In this document: piece after piece, positions 9,234-19,981 of the stretch
Layout of the letters: each line of letters starts with the position of its first letter
Numbering within the stretch: the first letter of the stretch is position 1
DNA from: Hydrurus foetidus
Lineage: Eukaryota
Direction: 5' to 3'
NCBI GenBank assembly: GCA_900617105.1
Contig: UYFQ01000001.1
Location: 1,674,001-1,738,000, forward strand
Length of the DNA: 64,000 bases
Position numbers and translations under genes: made by a program
The notes under the pieces: model-generated
Seen by the model: the letters and a program-made list of their open reading frames with translations, nothing else
What the model was told of the DNA's origin: nothing
The model's database searches: none

Positions 9234-10670
9234 CTAAAGACGCACGGCGTGCAGAGACTTGACTTGCGGGTACATCAGGTATAGTTCAGTTGCCTCTTTC
9301 AGGAGCTTTGCAGAGTGACGCTGGGGATAAACCTTTTCGTGAACAGTTTTGGGAGTGTGCCCGACCAGGTCTTCGCTAAAGCTGATCTTTGGCAGCTGTG
9401 ACTGCTTCAGCACGTTGATGACAGTGTTCCTAAAACAATAAAGTGTTTTGTTTTTAATCTTCAGCCCCCGCAGAATTTTGGTGAATTTTTCACTTAAAAA
9501 TGTTGAGTAGGTCTTCATTGCAGGCTTGTTCAGGTCAAACAACATACCGTTTTTGCGGGAGGCTACATAGTTCAGAAACCCTGCATCCTTTAGCAACTGG
9601 TTTACATAAATCAAACGTCTGCTGTGTGGAGTTTTCAGAGTCTGGTCTCTCTGTGTATTTGCATGGATGCGAATGATTTCGATGTCATCTTCTGCTTGGA
9701 CATCGTCTTTCCAAAGCTGACAAATTTCGTTTGGCCTTGCTCCTGAAGTAAGGAGCAGCATTGCTATGTAGCAAAGCTGCTTGTCCGCCAACACTTCGGG
9801 CGACGAGAATATTGCCTCTAATTCTGCATCTGTAAAGGGCAGTCGACGATCACCTTTAGCTTCGTCATCCTCATCGCCATTAGTTTTCCCTTTGGGTGCA
9901 ACACCAGCCTTGAGATTATGTCCAACAAACGGGTTTGGCTTTTCGGCTTCCCCGCTTGTGAGCAAGTGGTTATAGAAGGTAGATAAAGTGTTGAATATGT
10001 TCTTGATGGTTTCGTTCTTTTTACCTTCAGCACGAAGGGACAGCAAAAAATTCCAAACAAACTTTCTGTCTAATTCGCGAACACTTTTCACGTTCTGGGT
10101 TGAGGCATAACTCAGCAGCTTTGCCAGGAAATTCTTGTACTTGTACGCTGTGCCCGATGTCACGGTGACATTGGCCAAGTACTCATCCCTAAGAGTTTCA
10201 AGCGTTTTATTGGCTGGAACGGTCTTCTCGGACAATTCACGCTCAAGCTTTTCGCCAAGCGACAAAAGTTCTTGCCCCCGTTCACTTGCGGTAAAGCTCC
10301 GCTTTTCCTTCAGCTCACGCTCTGTTTCAAGTTTCAGCTTTTCAAGGTCTCGCTGATGCTGCTGCGCCTTCTGGAACTCGACAAGCGTCATCGCATCTTG
10401 GAAATTTTTCCGGTCTTCTTCGCCATCGATCTTTAAACGTTTGATGCCACCACGTTCATCGTATTCGACCTCAAATTTTTTTATGCCGTCGATGTCTATT
10501 TCATTCATTGCTATATTTGCCAAGAACTGTAGAGCCAAAAACTTGGCGACCCCAAGATCTTTGGTTTTCAATGAAAACCTTTTGACCTTTTGCTTGCCCC
10601 CGATTTTCCTTGTTTGCCTGAAATAGTAAACACCAAACTTGCGCTGTTCCAAATGACGACCATAAGTCAT
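9234..10670 (-). CDS. Tyrosine recombinase/integrase
   Basis: SGARPNEI (R), LKT (K), YCFRNT, LVGH, KVY; N-terminal GVYYFR...FSLKTKD arm-binding-like region. Confidence 0.9.
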   Translation of the reverse strand: MTYGRHLEQRKFGVYYFRQTRKIGGKQKVKRFSLKTKDLGVAKFLALQFLANIAMNEIDIDGIKKFEVEYDERGGIKRLKIDGEEDRKNFQDAMTLVEFQKAQQHQRDLEKLKLETERELKEKRSFTASERGQELLSLGEKLERELSEKTVPANKTLETLRDEYLANVTVTSGTAYKYKNFLAKLLSYASTQNVKSVRELDRKFVWNFLLSLRAEGKKNETIKNIFNTLSTFYNHLLTSGEAEKPNPFVGHNLKAGVAPKGKTNGDEDDEAKGDRRLPFTDAELEAIFSSPEVLADKQLCYIAMLLLTSGARPNEICQLWKDDVQAEDDIEIIRIHANTQRDQTLKTPHSRRLIYVNQLLKDAGFLNYVASRKNGMLFDLNKPAMKTYSTFLSEKFTKILRGLKIKNKTLYCFRNTVINVLKQSQLPKISFSEDLVGHTPKTVHEKVYPQRHSAKLLKEATELYLMYPQVKSLHAVRL

Positions 10671-10800
10671 GGGATATTCCTGAATGACTGGCGGGAGGTT
10701 GCGACTGCCCACGCACAATCCAGTTAGAATTGCCCCACTGAAGTGACCCTCTAAGGTAGTTTCGGTATAAAAAAGTTGTTTAAAATCAACGACTTACGAT

Positions 10801-10874
10801 GCGGGTGTAGTTCAATGGCAGAACGGCAGCTTCCCAAGCTTCAGATAAGGGTTCGATTCCCTTTACCCGCTCCA
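10801..10874 (+). tRNA. tRNA-Gly (CCC), encoded CCA
   Basis: Cloverleaf: acceptor GCGGGTG/TACCCGC, D stem GTTC/GAAC, loop TTCCCAA, T arm AAGGG-TTCGATT-CCCTT; one mismatch in anticodon stem. Confidence 0.9.
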
Positions 10875-10927
10875 GAGTGTTTTGATAGGTTTGCGTAATT
10901 TAATAACTAATTCAGGAGAAGACGGAC

Positions 10928-11344
10928 ATGACTTTTAAACGACTTTTTGCATTTTTTGGCGCCTCAACGGTAGCCGCAGTTTTGCTCGCTGGCTGCGCAG
11001 CCATGGGCCCAAGCCAATCGGTGTCACTGCTGGAGCCAGTCGATGGAGCTACGGTCGGCACAACCTTCAAGGTGCGCTTTGGCGTGCAAGGGATGGCCGT
11101 TGCACCGGCCGGTGACATCATCAAAGACAGCGGCCACAACCACCTGCTGATTGACCGCATGCCCGTCAAGGCCGGTGAATCAGTACCGTTTGACGACAAC
11201 CACAAACACTTCGGTGCGGGCCAAACCGAAGCCATGATCACGCTGCCACCCGGCAAATACAAGCTGACCTCGCAGTTTGCCAACGGCGCGCACCAGTCGT
11301 ACGGCGCGCCCATGAGCGCTTCGATTCAAATCACGGTGAAGTAA
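10928..11344 (+). CDS. DUF4399-like lipoprotein
   Basis: Lipobox LLAGC; SGHNHLLID, HFGAGQTE, LPPGKY. Confidence 0.8.
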   Translation: MTFKRLFAFFGASTVAAVLLAGCAAMGPSQSVSLLEPVDGATVGTTFKVRFGVQGMAVAPAGDIIKDSGHNHLLIDRMPVKAGESVPFDDNHKHFGAGQTEAMITLPPGKYKLTSQFANGAHQSYGAPMSASIQITVK

Positions 11345-11368
11345 GCACGGCTGCAGATTCCCCGAAAG

Positions 11369-11397
11369 AAAAAGCCCGGTTAGTGCCGGGCTTTTTT
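11369..11397. terminator. Bidirectional intrinsic terminator
   Basis: AAAAAGCCCGG-ttagtg-CCGGGCTTTTTT between convergent genes. Confidence 0.85.
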
Positions 11398-11419
11398 GTT
11401 GCCTGCGCCGAAAGCAACT

Positions 11420-11465
11420 GCTATTAAATAAGAAGCTGCTTACGCCCGTATTCATTGGGCTATGC
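11420..11465 (+). repeat. ~48-bp palindromic repeat family A
   Basis: GCTATTAAATAAGAAGCTGCTTACGCCCGTATTCATTGGGCTA. Confidence 0.8.
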
Positions 11466-11479
11466 AGCGATTTAATACT

Positions 11480-12118
11480 CTAAATCAGCGTTACAGCGGT
11501 CTTGGACTGCACAAACTCACGCGTCACGCCATCAGCCAGCTCCACCAGCTTCAAACCTGCAGGCGTCACATCCATCACGGCCAGGTCGGTGATGATGCGG
11601 TCAACCACGCCCAGGCCCGTCAGCGGCAGCGTGCAATTCGGCAAAATTTTCATGTCTTCAGAACCGTCTTTTTTCTTGGCGACGTGCTCCATCAAAATAA
11701 TCACGCGCTTGACGCCCGCAACTAGGTCCATCGCGCCGCCCATGCCCTTGACCATCTTGCCGGGAATCATCCAGTTGGCCAAATCGCCCTTTTCGCTGAC
11801 CTGCATTGCGCCCAAAATACTGAGGTTGATTTTGCCCGCGCGAATCATGCCGAACGACTGGTCAGAGCCGAAAATGGCCGAGCCTTTGATGGTGGTGACG
11901 GTTTGCTTGCCTGCGTTGATCAAATCGGCATCGACCTGGTCTTCCGTCGGGAACGGGCCAATGCCCAGCATGCCGTTTTCCGATTGCAGCCACACCTCAA
12001 TGTCAGGGCTGACGTGGTTTGCCACCAGCGTGGGGATGCCAATGCCAAGGTTGACGTAAAAACCGTCTTGCAGTTCTTTGGCCGCGCGTTCTGCCATTTG
12101 GTCTTGTGTCCAGGCCAT
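11480..12118 (-). CDS. scoB: 3-oxoacid CoA-transferase subunit B
   Basis: [22 protein letters not shown]. Confidence 0.92.
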   Translation of the reverse strand: MAWTQDQMAERAAKELQDGFYVNLGIGIPTLVANHVSPDIEVWLQSENGMLGIGPFPTEDQVDADLINAGKQTVTTIKGSAIFGSDQSFGMIRAGKINLSILGAMQVSEKGDLANWMIPGKMVKGMGGAMDLVAGVKRVIILMEHVAKKKDGSEDMKILPNCTLPLTGLGVVDRIITDLAVMDVTPAGLKLVELADGVTREFVQSKTAVTLI

Positions 12119-12120
12119 GA

Positions 12121-12840
12121 TTAAACCCCTACCTTCTCAGTTGATTGCTCTGTGATCGTTCGCTTTTCAATACGCTTTTCAGGCGTTGGGTTGCACACAA
12201 TGCGGTGCACATAAATACCGGGCAGATGGATCTGGTCCGGCTCCATCGCCCCTAGCTCCACCACCTCTTCAACTTCAACAATACACACCTTGCCAGCCAT
12301 TGCCACAGCTGGGTTGAAGTTGCGTGCCGTCAGGCGAAACTGAAGGTTGCCCGACTGGTCCGCGCGCCAGGCTTTGACCAGCGACACATCGGGCAACAGC
12401 GCCCGCTCCATCACGTAGGTTTGGCCATCAAACTCGCGCAGCTCTTTGCCTTCAGCCACCAGCGTACCAACGCCGGTTTTGGTGAAAAACGCCGGAATGC
12501 CTGAGCCACCCGCCCGCAGCTTTTCAGCCAGCGTGCCCTGCGGCGTGAATTCAAGCTCCAGCTCGCCCGCTAGGTACTGGCGCTCAAACTCTTTGTTTTC
12601 GCCCACGTAGCTGGCAATCATTTTTTTGATCTGCCGCGTTTCCAGCAGCTTGCCCAAGCCGAATCCGTCGACGCCAGCGTTGTTGGAAATCACTGTCAGG
12701 TTTTGCACGCCGCTGTCTTTCAGCGCGTCAATCAGCGCCTCAGGAATGCCGCACAGCCCAAAGCCGCCGACGGCCATCAGCTGGTTGTCTTTAACGACGC
12801 CGCTTAGCGCCGCCACCGCGGAAGGGAAAAGTTTTTTCAA
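12121..12840 (-). CDS. scoA: 3-oxoacid CoA-transferase subunit A
   Basis: [17 protein letters not shown]; likely TTG start at 12840 after AAGGAG. Confidence 0.9.
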   Translation of the reverse strand: MKKLFPSAVAALSGVVKDNQLMAVGGFGLCGIPEALIDALKDSGVQNLTVISNNAGVDGFGLGKLLETRQIKKMIASYVGENKEFERQYLAGELELEFTPQGTLAEKLRAGGSGIPAFFTKTGVGTLVAEGKELREFDGQTYVMERALLPDVSLVKAWRADQSGNLQFRLTARNFNPAVAMAGKVCIVEVEEVVELGAMEPDQIHLPGIYVHRIVCNPTPEKRIEKRTITEQSTEKVGV

Positions 12841-12919
12841 GCGAAAGCTCCTTTGTTTGTTATCACCCAAAGCATAAAGCAACCAAGGATTGTGTAGTTT
12901 TGCAATAGGCCGAGGCAAA

Positions 12920-13531
12920 TCAGACTAATTCAGAGCGCTGGTTAGAAGGAAACCGATAACCGGCGTTGACGCAACCGACAAGTAAGTTGTGAATTCTCTC
13001 GACCTCTTTGACTATGGGAGCTAGCTCATACTCAGTTCCTAGCAACACAAAAACTCGTGGGTTAATGAAAAAACCCTTGAAGATATGAAGTGGCACTTCG
13101 CTCTTCTCAAAATCTACTTTTACCTCGCTTGGTAAAAACACACCAGATTGATTGATCAGCAGGTAGTTGTCTAGTCTCTCGTCAAAGTGCTCCAATGCGT
13201 CTCTAAGTCCTCGGCACTTTAGCGGGCTACTGTCATCTGTCATCAAAGCGTCTAGTATTTTTTTGCCTCTCCTTTTATGGCTTCCCTTTTTACAAATAGG
13301 CCAAAAATATTTGGATAGTGACGCGGCGTGCTGAACAACAAGTTGTAGCTGCTCAAACAATTTTTCTTGAGGAAGATCTAGGGCTCTTCGATCGTCAGTG
13401 GCCATAAGCTCGATCCAGTCCCCAATAACGTGGGCTGCGTCAAGCGCAGAATTGGAATGCCAAAGCATGCTTTCAATGTAAAAGGCTTCAAAAGGCGGAT
13501 GAATATCAAAATCTGGTTCTATTTCTGTCAT
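12920..13531 (-). CDS. Hypothetical protein, AT-rich insertion
   Basis: About 203-aa ORF containing RDALEHFDERLD; composition differs from flanks. Confidence 0.7.
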   Translation of the reverse strand: MTEIEPDFDIHPPFEAFYIESMLWHSNSALDAAHVIGDWIELMATDDRRALDLPQEKLFEQLQLVVQHAASLSKYFWPICKKGSHKRRGKKILDALMTDDSSPLKCRGLRDALEHFDERLDNYLLINQSGVFLPSEVKVDFEKSEVPLHIFKGFFINPRVFVLLGTEYELAPIVKEVERIHNLLVGCVNAGYRFPSNQRSELV

Positions 13532-13755
13532 GTGTGTGCGTGACTTATGGAATATTTGGCAACAGTTTTGACTGTCCATTAGGCTTTCAAATCGACAAAT
13601 ACTGGAGCAAACAGCTAGTAAAAAAGCAGTATTAGAAAATCAATTAACTTTAAATAAGCCCCGCTTACAACCGCACGGTCTGCGTTGCAACGCGCGCCCT
13701 CATTCATCATCCCTTGGCCTGCCAGCGCCGTATTTGCTCCGCAGCCAAAACCGCT

Positions 13756-14568
13756 TCAATCCGCCTTCTTCTGCGTAGAAGCCCAAGCCCAAAGCGCCAC
13801 CCCGCCCACAATCATCGGCACGCACAGCCACTGGCCCATGCTCATGCCCAGCTGCAAAATGCCCAGGTGCGCGTCGGGCTCGCGGAAGAATTCTGCGATA
13901 AACCTGAACACGCCGTAGCCGAATAAAAACGCGCCTGAAACCTGGCCCATCTTGCGTGGTTTGCGCGCATACAGCCACAGCAAAATAAACAGCAGCAGCC
14001 CTTCCAGCAAAAACTGGTACACCTGCGAAGGGTGGCGCGGCAATGGCCCGCCGCCTCTGAACAGCATGCCCCACGGCAGCGACGGGTCGGCTACCCTGCC
14101 CCACAGCTCGCCATTCATGAAGTTGCCAGCGCGGCCCGCCGCCAGCCCGGTCGGCACGCACGGCGCAATAAAGTCCATTACTTGCAGCCAAGGCCGCTTG
14201 CGGGTGCGCGCAAACCACACCTGCGACAGCAGCACGCCAATCAAGCCGCCATGAAAGCTCATGCCGCCCTGCCAGACATAAAAAATCTCTAGTGGGTGGC
14301 TGGCGTAATAAGCCGGTTTGTAAAACAGGCAGTAACCGACGCGCCCGCCAATCACCACGCCCATCACGCCTAAAAACAAGATGTCTTCAATATCGCGCCT
14401 GCTCCACGCGCCCGGCCCTTTGATGGACGCGTAGGGCTGATGCCTTAACCGCAGTGTGGCCAGAAAGAAGAACAGGCCAAACGCCGCAAGATACGTCAGG
14501 CCGTACCAGTGAATGGCCAACGGCCCAAGCTGGAGCGCAATTGGATTAATTTCAGGGTGAATAAGCAT
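13756..14568 (-). CDS. lgt: Prolipoprotein diacylglyceryl transferase
   Basis: [36 protein letters not shown]. Confidence 0.95.
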   Translation of the reverse strand: MLIHPEINPIALQLGPLAIHWYGLTYLAAFGLFFFLATLRLRHQPYASIKGPGAWSRRDIEDILFLGVMGVVIGGRVGYCLFYKPAYYASHPLEIFYVWQGGMSFHGGLIGVLLSQVWFARTRKRPWLQVMDFIAPCVPTGLAAGRAGNFMNGELWGRVADPSLPWGMLFRGGGPLPRHPSQVYQFLLEGLLLFILLWLYARKPRKMGQVSGAFLFGYGVFRFIAEFFREPDAHLGILQLGMSMGQWLCVPMIVGGVALWAWASTQKKAD

Positions 14569-14658
14569 GCGCATATTTTGCACGTTTCAAACTTCAGCAA
14601 ATACAATTGCCACTGAAATTTAGATTCACACATAACAACGCTACACAAGAGACACCCC

Positions 14659-16356
14659 ATGGAAATCAAAAAAATCACCGTCATGAACCCCCGCAGCAAA
14701 AACATCACCGAGGGCAAGTCACGCGCGCCGAACCGCTCGATGTACTACGCCATGGGCTACGAGGCAGATGACTTTAAAAAACCCATGATTGGCGTAGCCA
14801 ACGGGCACAGCACCATCACGCCGTGCAACAGCGGCTTGCAAAAGCTGGCTGATGCCGCCATTGCGGCGATTGAGGCAGCGGGCGGCAACGCGCAGGTGTT
14901 TGGCACGCCGACCATTTCAGACGGCATGGCCATGGGTACCGAGGGCATGAAATATTCGCTGGTGTCGCGCGAAGTCATCAGCGATTGCATTGAAACCTGC
15001 GTGCAGGGCCAGTGGATGGACGGCGTGCTGGTGGTGGGCGGGTGCGACAAGAACATGCCGGGCGGCCTGATGGGCATGCTGCGCGCCAATGTGCCCGCCA
15101 TTTACGTCTACGGCGGCACGATTTTGCCGGGGCACTACAAGGGCAAAGACCTGAACATTGTCAGCGTGTTTGAAGCCGTGGGTGAAAACGCCGCTGGTCG
15201 CATGAGCGACGAAGACCTGCTGCAAATTGAGCGCCGCGCCATACCCGGCACCGGCAGCTGCGGCGGCATGTACACGGCCAACACCATGTCCAGCTCGTTT
15301 GAGGCGCTGGGTATTTCGCTGCCCTATTCCAGCACGATGGCGAACCCGCATGACGAAAAAATGAACTCGGCGGCTGAATCAGCCCGGGTGCTGATTGAAG
15401 CGGTGAAAAAAGACATCAAACCGCGCGACATCGTGACGAAAAAAGCGATTGAAAACGCCGTGGCTGTCATCATGGCCACGGGTGGCTCAACCAACGCCGT
15501 GCTGCACTTTTTGGCAATTGCGCACACGGCGGGTGTGGAATGGTCGATTGATGACTTTGAGCGCATTCGCGTTAAAACTCCGGTGTTGTGCGACTTGAAG
15601 CCATCAGGTAAATACCTGGCGGTTGACTTGCACAAGGCAGGCGGCATTCCGCAGGTCATGAAGACGCTGCTGGTAGCCGGTTTGCTGCACGGCGACTGCC
15701 TGACCATTAGCGGGCAAACCATTGCTGAAGTGCTTAAAGACATTCCCGATGCGCCGCGCGCTGACCAGGACGTGATTCGCCCCATCGACAAGCCGATGTA
15801 CAAGCAAGGCCACCTGGCGATTTTGAAAGGTAATTTGTCACCCGAAGGCTGCGTCGCCAAAATCACCGGCCTGAAGAACCCGGTCATGACAGGCCCGGCA
15901 CGCGTGTTTGACGACGAACAATCGGGTTTAGCCGCAATTTTGGCAGGCAAAATTGTAGCGGGCGACGTGATGGTGCTGCGCTACCTGGGCCCCAAAGGCG
16001 GGCCAGGCATGCCTGAAATGCTGGCCCCCACCGGCGCGCTGATTGGTGCAGGTTTAGGCGAAACCGTGGGCTTGATTACTGACGGCCGCTTTTCAGGCGG
16101 CACTTGGGGCATGGTGGTCGGCCACGTGGCCCCTGAAGCGGCTGCGGGCGGCAATATTGCATTTATTCAAGAAGGTGATTCGATCACCATTGATGCCAAG
16201 CAATTACTTTTGCAATTGAACATCAATGATGAAGAACTGGCCAACCGCAAAGTGGGCTGGGTTGCACCCAAGCCGCGTTACGTACGCGGTGTGCAGGCCA
16301 AGTTTGCGTTTAATGCGTCGAGCGCTAGCAAAGGCGCTGTGCTGGACGACTATTAA
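14659..16356 (+). CDS. ilvD: Dihydroxy-acid dehydratase
   Basis: [35 protein letters not shown]. Confidence 0.95.
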   Translation: MEIKKITVMNPRSKNITEGKSRAPNRSMYYAMGYEADDFKKPMIGVANGHSTITPCNSGLQKLADAAIAAIEAAGGNAQVFGTPTISDGMAMGTEGMKYSLVSREVISDCIETCVQGQWMDGVLVVGGCDKNMPGGLMGMLRANVPAIYVYGGTILPGHYKGKDLNIVSVFEAVGENAAGRMSDEDLLQIERRAIPGTGSCGGMYTANTMSSSFEALGISLPYSSTMANPHDEKMNSAAESARVLIEAVKKDIKPRDIVTKKAIENAVAVIMATGGSTNAVLHFLAIAHTAGVEWSIDDFERIRVKTPVLCDLKPSGKYLAVDLHKAGGIPQVMKTLLVAGLLHGDCLTISGQTIAEVLKDIPDAPRADQDVIRPIDKPMYKQGHLAILKGNLSPEGCVAKITGLKNPVMTGPARVFDDEQSGLAAILAGKIVAGDVMVLRYLGPKGGPGMPEMLAPTGALIGAGLGETVGLITDGRFSGGTWGMVVGHVAPEAAAGGNIAFIQEGDSITIDAKQLLLQLNINDEELANRKVGWVAPKPRYVRGVQAKFAFNASSASKGAVLDDY

Positions 16357-16395
16357 ATTGGCTGGGGCGATGAGCGCGGGCTAACTGGGGCGAGT

Positions 16396-16647
16396 TTACT
16401 TTTTGACGTTGCGCTTTGACGACAACATGCCCATGGCCTCGCGTTGCTTTTCAATGCGTTCTTTCTTGCGGGTTTCCATTTTTTCAATTTCTACCCGCTT
16501 GGTGTAGCCCGACGCGTCGGCCCACCACCACCACACCACCGCCAAGCCAAACGGCGCCAGCACCACGTACCAAGGCCAAGCGGCCACAGGCCCAAACTCA
16601 AGGTACTTCATGAGGGCGGTGGCGATACCGATGAGTAAAAATCCCAT
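16396..16647 (-). CDS. Small Trp-rich membrane protein (TIGR04438-like)
   Basis: PVAAWPWYVVLAPFGLAVVWWWWADASGYTKR. Confidence 0.75.
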   Translation of the reverse strand: MGFLLIGIATALMKYLEFGPVAAWPWYVVLAPFGLAVVWWWWADASGYTKRVEIEKMETRKKERIEKQREAMGMLSSKRNVKK

Positions 16648-16785
16648 AAATTGCTCCTGGCGTTCAAATTTGTAACTGCTGGCTGCATCTGCGCAGGTCA
16701 ACCAGCATCATTACAATGACGTTACAGGCTGGTCAACCAGATAAGCTATTAAAGCACTAACGCCATTTCTTCACGAGGCAAAATT

Positions 16786-17100
16786 ATGAAACATGTATTG
16801 TTAGCCATCAGCGCACTCACCATCGGCATGAGCATGTCGGCCCCAGTTTTTGCAGACGCCGCGTTGGCCACTGCCAAAAACTGCATGGCCTGCCACGCAG
16901 TTGAGAAAAAAGTCGTTGGCCCTTCATACAAAGATGTTGCGGCTAAGTACGCAGGGCAAGCTGATGCGATAGCTAAATTGTCAGGCAAGATCATCAAGGG
17001 CGGTGGCGGGGTCTGGGGTCCCGTGCCTATGCCTGCGAATGCGCAGGTCAGTGCTGAAGAAGCGACCAAGCTCGCCACCTGGATCATGACGCAAAAGTAA
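16786..17100 (+). CDS. Cytochrome c551/c552
   Basis: Signal peptide, CMACH, VGPSY, GVWGPVPMP. Confidence 0.92.
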   Translation: MKHVLLAISALTIGMSMSAPVFADAALATAKNCMACHAVEKKVVGPSYKDVAAKYAGQADAIAKLSGKIIKGGGGVWGPVPMPANAQVSAEEATKLATWIMTQK

Positions 17101-17130
17101 GCGTTTGCCTGGCTTGCAAAGCCTGACGTT

Positions 17131-17157
17131 AAAAAGCCCGCAGAAGCGGGCTTTTTT
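17131..17157. terminator. Bidirectional intrinsic terminator
   Basis: AAAAAGCCCGC-agaa-GCGGGCTTTTTT. Confidence 0.85.
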
Positions 17158-17168
17158 ATTGCATTTTA

Positions 17169-17217
17169 GGCCTGTAGCCCAATAAATACGGGCGCGCTCA
17201 GCTCCCGAATTAATAGC
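17169..17217 (-). repeat. Repeat family A
   Basis: Reverse copy CCTGTAGCCCAATAAATACGGGCGCG...AATAGC. Confidence 0.85.
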
Positions 17218-17225
17218 GAAACGGA

Positions 17226-17988
17226 TTACTGTTTTTCAGACAGCTGATCAAGAATCGCGGGGTTTTCCAACGTAGACGTATCTTGCGTAATCGCCTCTCC
17301 CTTTGCAATGCCGCGCAGCAAGCGGCGCATGATTTTGCCGCTCCGGGTTTTGGGCAGGTTGTCGCCAAAGCGGATGTCTTTGGGTTTCGCAATCGGGCCA
17401 ATTTGCTTGCCCACCCAGTCGCGCAGCTCTTTGGCAATGGCCTTGGCTTCTTCGCCTGTTGGGCGTGAGCGCTTGAGCACCACAAACGCCACAATCGCCT
17501 CGCCGGTCAAGTCGTCAGGCCGGCCAACAACGGCGGCCTCGGCTACCAACGTGCTGTGGGCCACTAAAGCGGACTCAATTTCCATCGTGCCCATGCGGTG
17601 GCCAGACACGTTCAGCACGTCGTCAATTCGGCCCGTGATGCGAAAGTAACCGTTGTCTTTGTTACGCACCGCGCCGTCGCCTGCGAGGTACGTAGTGCCG
17701 CCCATTTCAGGCGGAAAGTACGCCTTTTTAAACCGCTCAGGGTCGCCCCAAATGGTGCGAATCATCGACGGCCATGGCCGCGTTACGACCAGCATGCCGC
17801 CTGCGCCGTTCGGCAGCTCGTTGCCTGTCTCGTCAACGATTGCCGCCATGATGCCGGGCAGTGGCAGCGTGCAGCTACCGGGCACCAGCGGAGTGGCGCC
17901 TGGCAACGGCGTGATCATGTGGCCGCCGGTTTCGGTTTGCCAGAAGGTGTCTAGCACCGGGCAACGCTCGCCGCCGACGTTTTTGTAG

Positions 17989-18020
<32 letters not shown>

Positions 18021-19223
18021 ACCGACGGAGCCGAGGATGCGCAGGCTGCTTAAATCTGAGCGGTCCGGGTGCACTTTTTCATCGGCTTCAGCAGCTTTAA
18101 TCAACGAGCGGATGGCGGTGGGCGCAGTGTAGAAAATCGACACCTTATGACGCTCAATCATTTGCCAAAAGCGCCCTGCATTCGGGAAAGTCGGTATGCC
18201 TTCAAAAATCACTTGCGTTGCACCCGCCGCGAGCGGGCCGTAAGCCACGTAAGTGTGGCCGGTGATCCAGCCGATGTCAGCGGTGCACCAAAACACGTCA
18301 GACGGTTGCAGGTCAAACGTCCAGTCCATCGTCAGCTTGGCCCACAGCAAATAGCCGCCCGTGCTGTGCTGCACACCCTTGGGTTTGCCGGTAGAGCCCG
18401 ACGTGTACAGCACAAACAACGGGTGTTCAGCGCCTACAAATTCCGGTGCGCATTCAGGCGCTGCCTTGGCCGTGACTTCATGCATCAGGCTGTCGCGCCC
18501 AGCCACCATGTTGCAGGCGGTAGCGGTGCGCTGGTACACGATGACGTTTTTGATCGACTCGCAGCCACCCATGGCCAGGCCTTCGTCCACGATGGCTTTG
18601 AGTGGCAGTTCTTTGCCGCCGCGCAACTGGTAGTTGGCGGTGATGACGGCTACCGCACCCGCGTCCATGATGCGTTCTTGCAGGCTCTTGGCTGAAAAGC
18701 CGCCAAACACCACCGAGTGCGTAGCGCCAATGCGTGCGCAGGCTTGCATGGCGACCACGCCTTCAACGGTCATGGGCATGTAGATGACGACACGGTCACC
18801 TTTTTTGATGCCCATGGCTTTGAGCGCACTGGCAAACTGGCTGACCTTGGCGTGAAGTTCTTTGTAGGTAACGTTGACCACCGTGCCGTCATCGCCTTCA
18901 AAAATGATGGCTTTTTTGTGCTCGGTGGGTGTGCCCAAATGGCGGTCTAGGCAGTTGAAAGATGCGTTTAGTTCGCCATCGGCAAACCAGGTGTAAAACG
19001 GCGCTTTTGACTCGTTCAGCACCTCAGTAAACGGCTTTTCCCAGCTGAGGTTTTCACGCGCGAGGCGTGCCCAAAAGCCTTCAAAATCTTTGCCTGCCTC
19101 GGCGCAGAGAGCGTTGTAGGCGTCCATGCCAGAAATCCTGGCAGCTTTCACGGTGGCCGCTGCGGGCGGAAAGATGCGGTCTTCTACCAGCATGGATTCG
19201 ATGTTTGTAGACGCGTTGGTCAT
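17226..19223 (-). CDS. acs: Acetyl-CoA synthetase
   Basis: [31 protein letters not shown]. Confidence 0.96.
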
Positions 19224-19352
19224 TTTTTGTCTCCGTCAGGTTCTGGGGTTATCGCTAACTTGTCACGCAATACATGTTACTGTCACGCAAAGCTCTTACG
19301 CACCACTGACTGGCTTGAACCTTACAAAACCTGATCTTTAAACTTGCGCACC

Positions 19353-19955
19353 ATGAACGAATCTGAAACCAAAAAACACCCACCGCTTCGCCCACTGCCG
19401 AACTTTATTTTTGCCAGCCGCTGGCTGCAATTGCCTTTGTACATCGGCCTGATTGCCGCGCAAGCGGTGTACGTGGTGCATTTCATGGTCGAGCTTAAAC
19501 ACCTGATTGGCGCCGCCTTTGGCAACCTGCCCGACCTGCAGGCACTGGTCACCAGTATTGGCTACAAAACCACCGTGCCCATCACCATGCTGAACGAAAC
19601 CGTCATCATGCTGGTGGTGCTGGCACTGATTGACGTGGTGATGATTTCCAACCTGCTGATCATGGTGATCGTGGGTGGCTACGCAACCTTCGTTAGCCGC
19701 ATGGACCTCGACGGCCACCCCGACCAGCCCGAGTGGCTGAGCCATGTGAATGCCAGCGTGCTCAAAGTCAAGCTGGCCACGGCCATCATTGGTATCAGCT
19801 CGATTCATTTGCTGAAGACTTTCATCAACGCTGACAACTACACCGACCGGGTACTGATTGCGCAAACCGTGATCCACATTGCGTTTTTATTGTCAGCACT
19901 GGCCATTGCCTACACCGACAAAGTCATGTCGAGCATTGCGGCGCAAAAGCATTAG
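19353..19955 (+). CDS. TIGR00645/YqhA-family membrane protein
   Basis: IFASRWLQLPLY, VGGY..FVSR, LKVKLATAIIGISSIHLL. Confidence 0.85.
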   Translation: MNESETKKHPPLRPLPNFIFASRWLQLPLYIGLIAAQAVYVVHFMVELKHLIGAAFGNLPDLQALVTSIGYKTTVPITMLNETVIMLVVLALIDVVMISNLLIMVIVGGYATFVSRMDLDGHPDQPEWLSHVNASVLKVKLATAIIGISSIHLLKTFINADNYTDRVLIAQTVIHIAFLLSALAIAYTDKVMSSIAAQKH

Positions 19956-19981
19956 CCCTTTCGCGTTGTTGATCGCTGCAC

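Larger units (their letters stand above)
1..10800. mobile_element. Integrative (mobilizable) element, right part; left end outside window
   Basis: Tyrosine integrase next to tRNA-Gly, relaxase+MobC, P4/D5-type helicase, TA-like pair, AT-richer cargo; housekeeping genes resume right after the tRNA. Confidence 0.85.

Noticed and set aside
1..10800. Prophage call and second att copy
   Set aside because: No structural or lysis genes; no duplicate tRNA fragment seen, so the left boundary is outside the window
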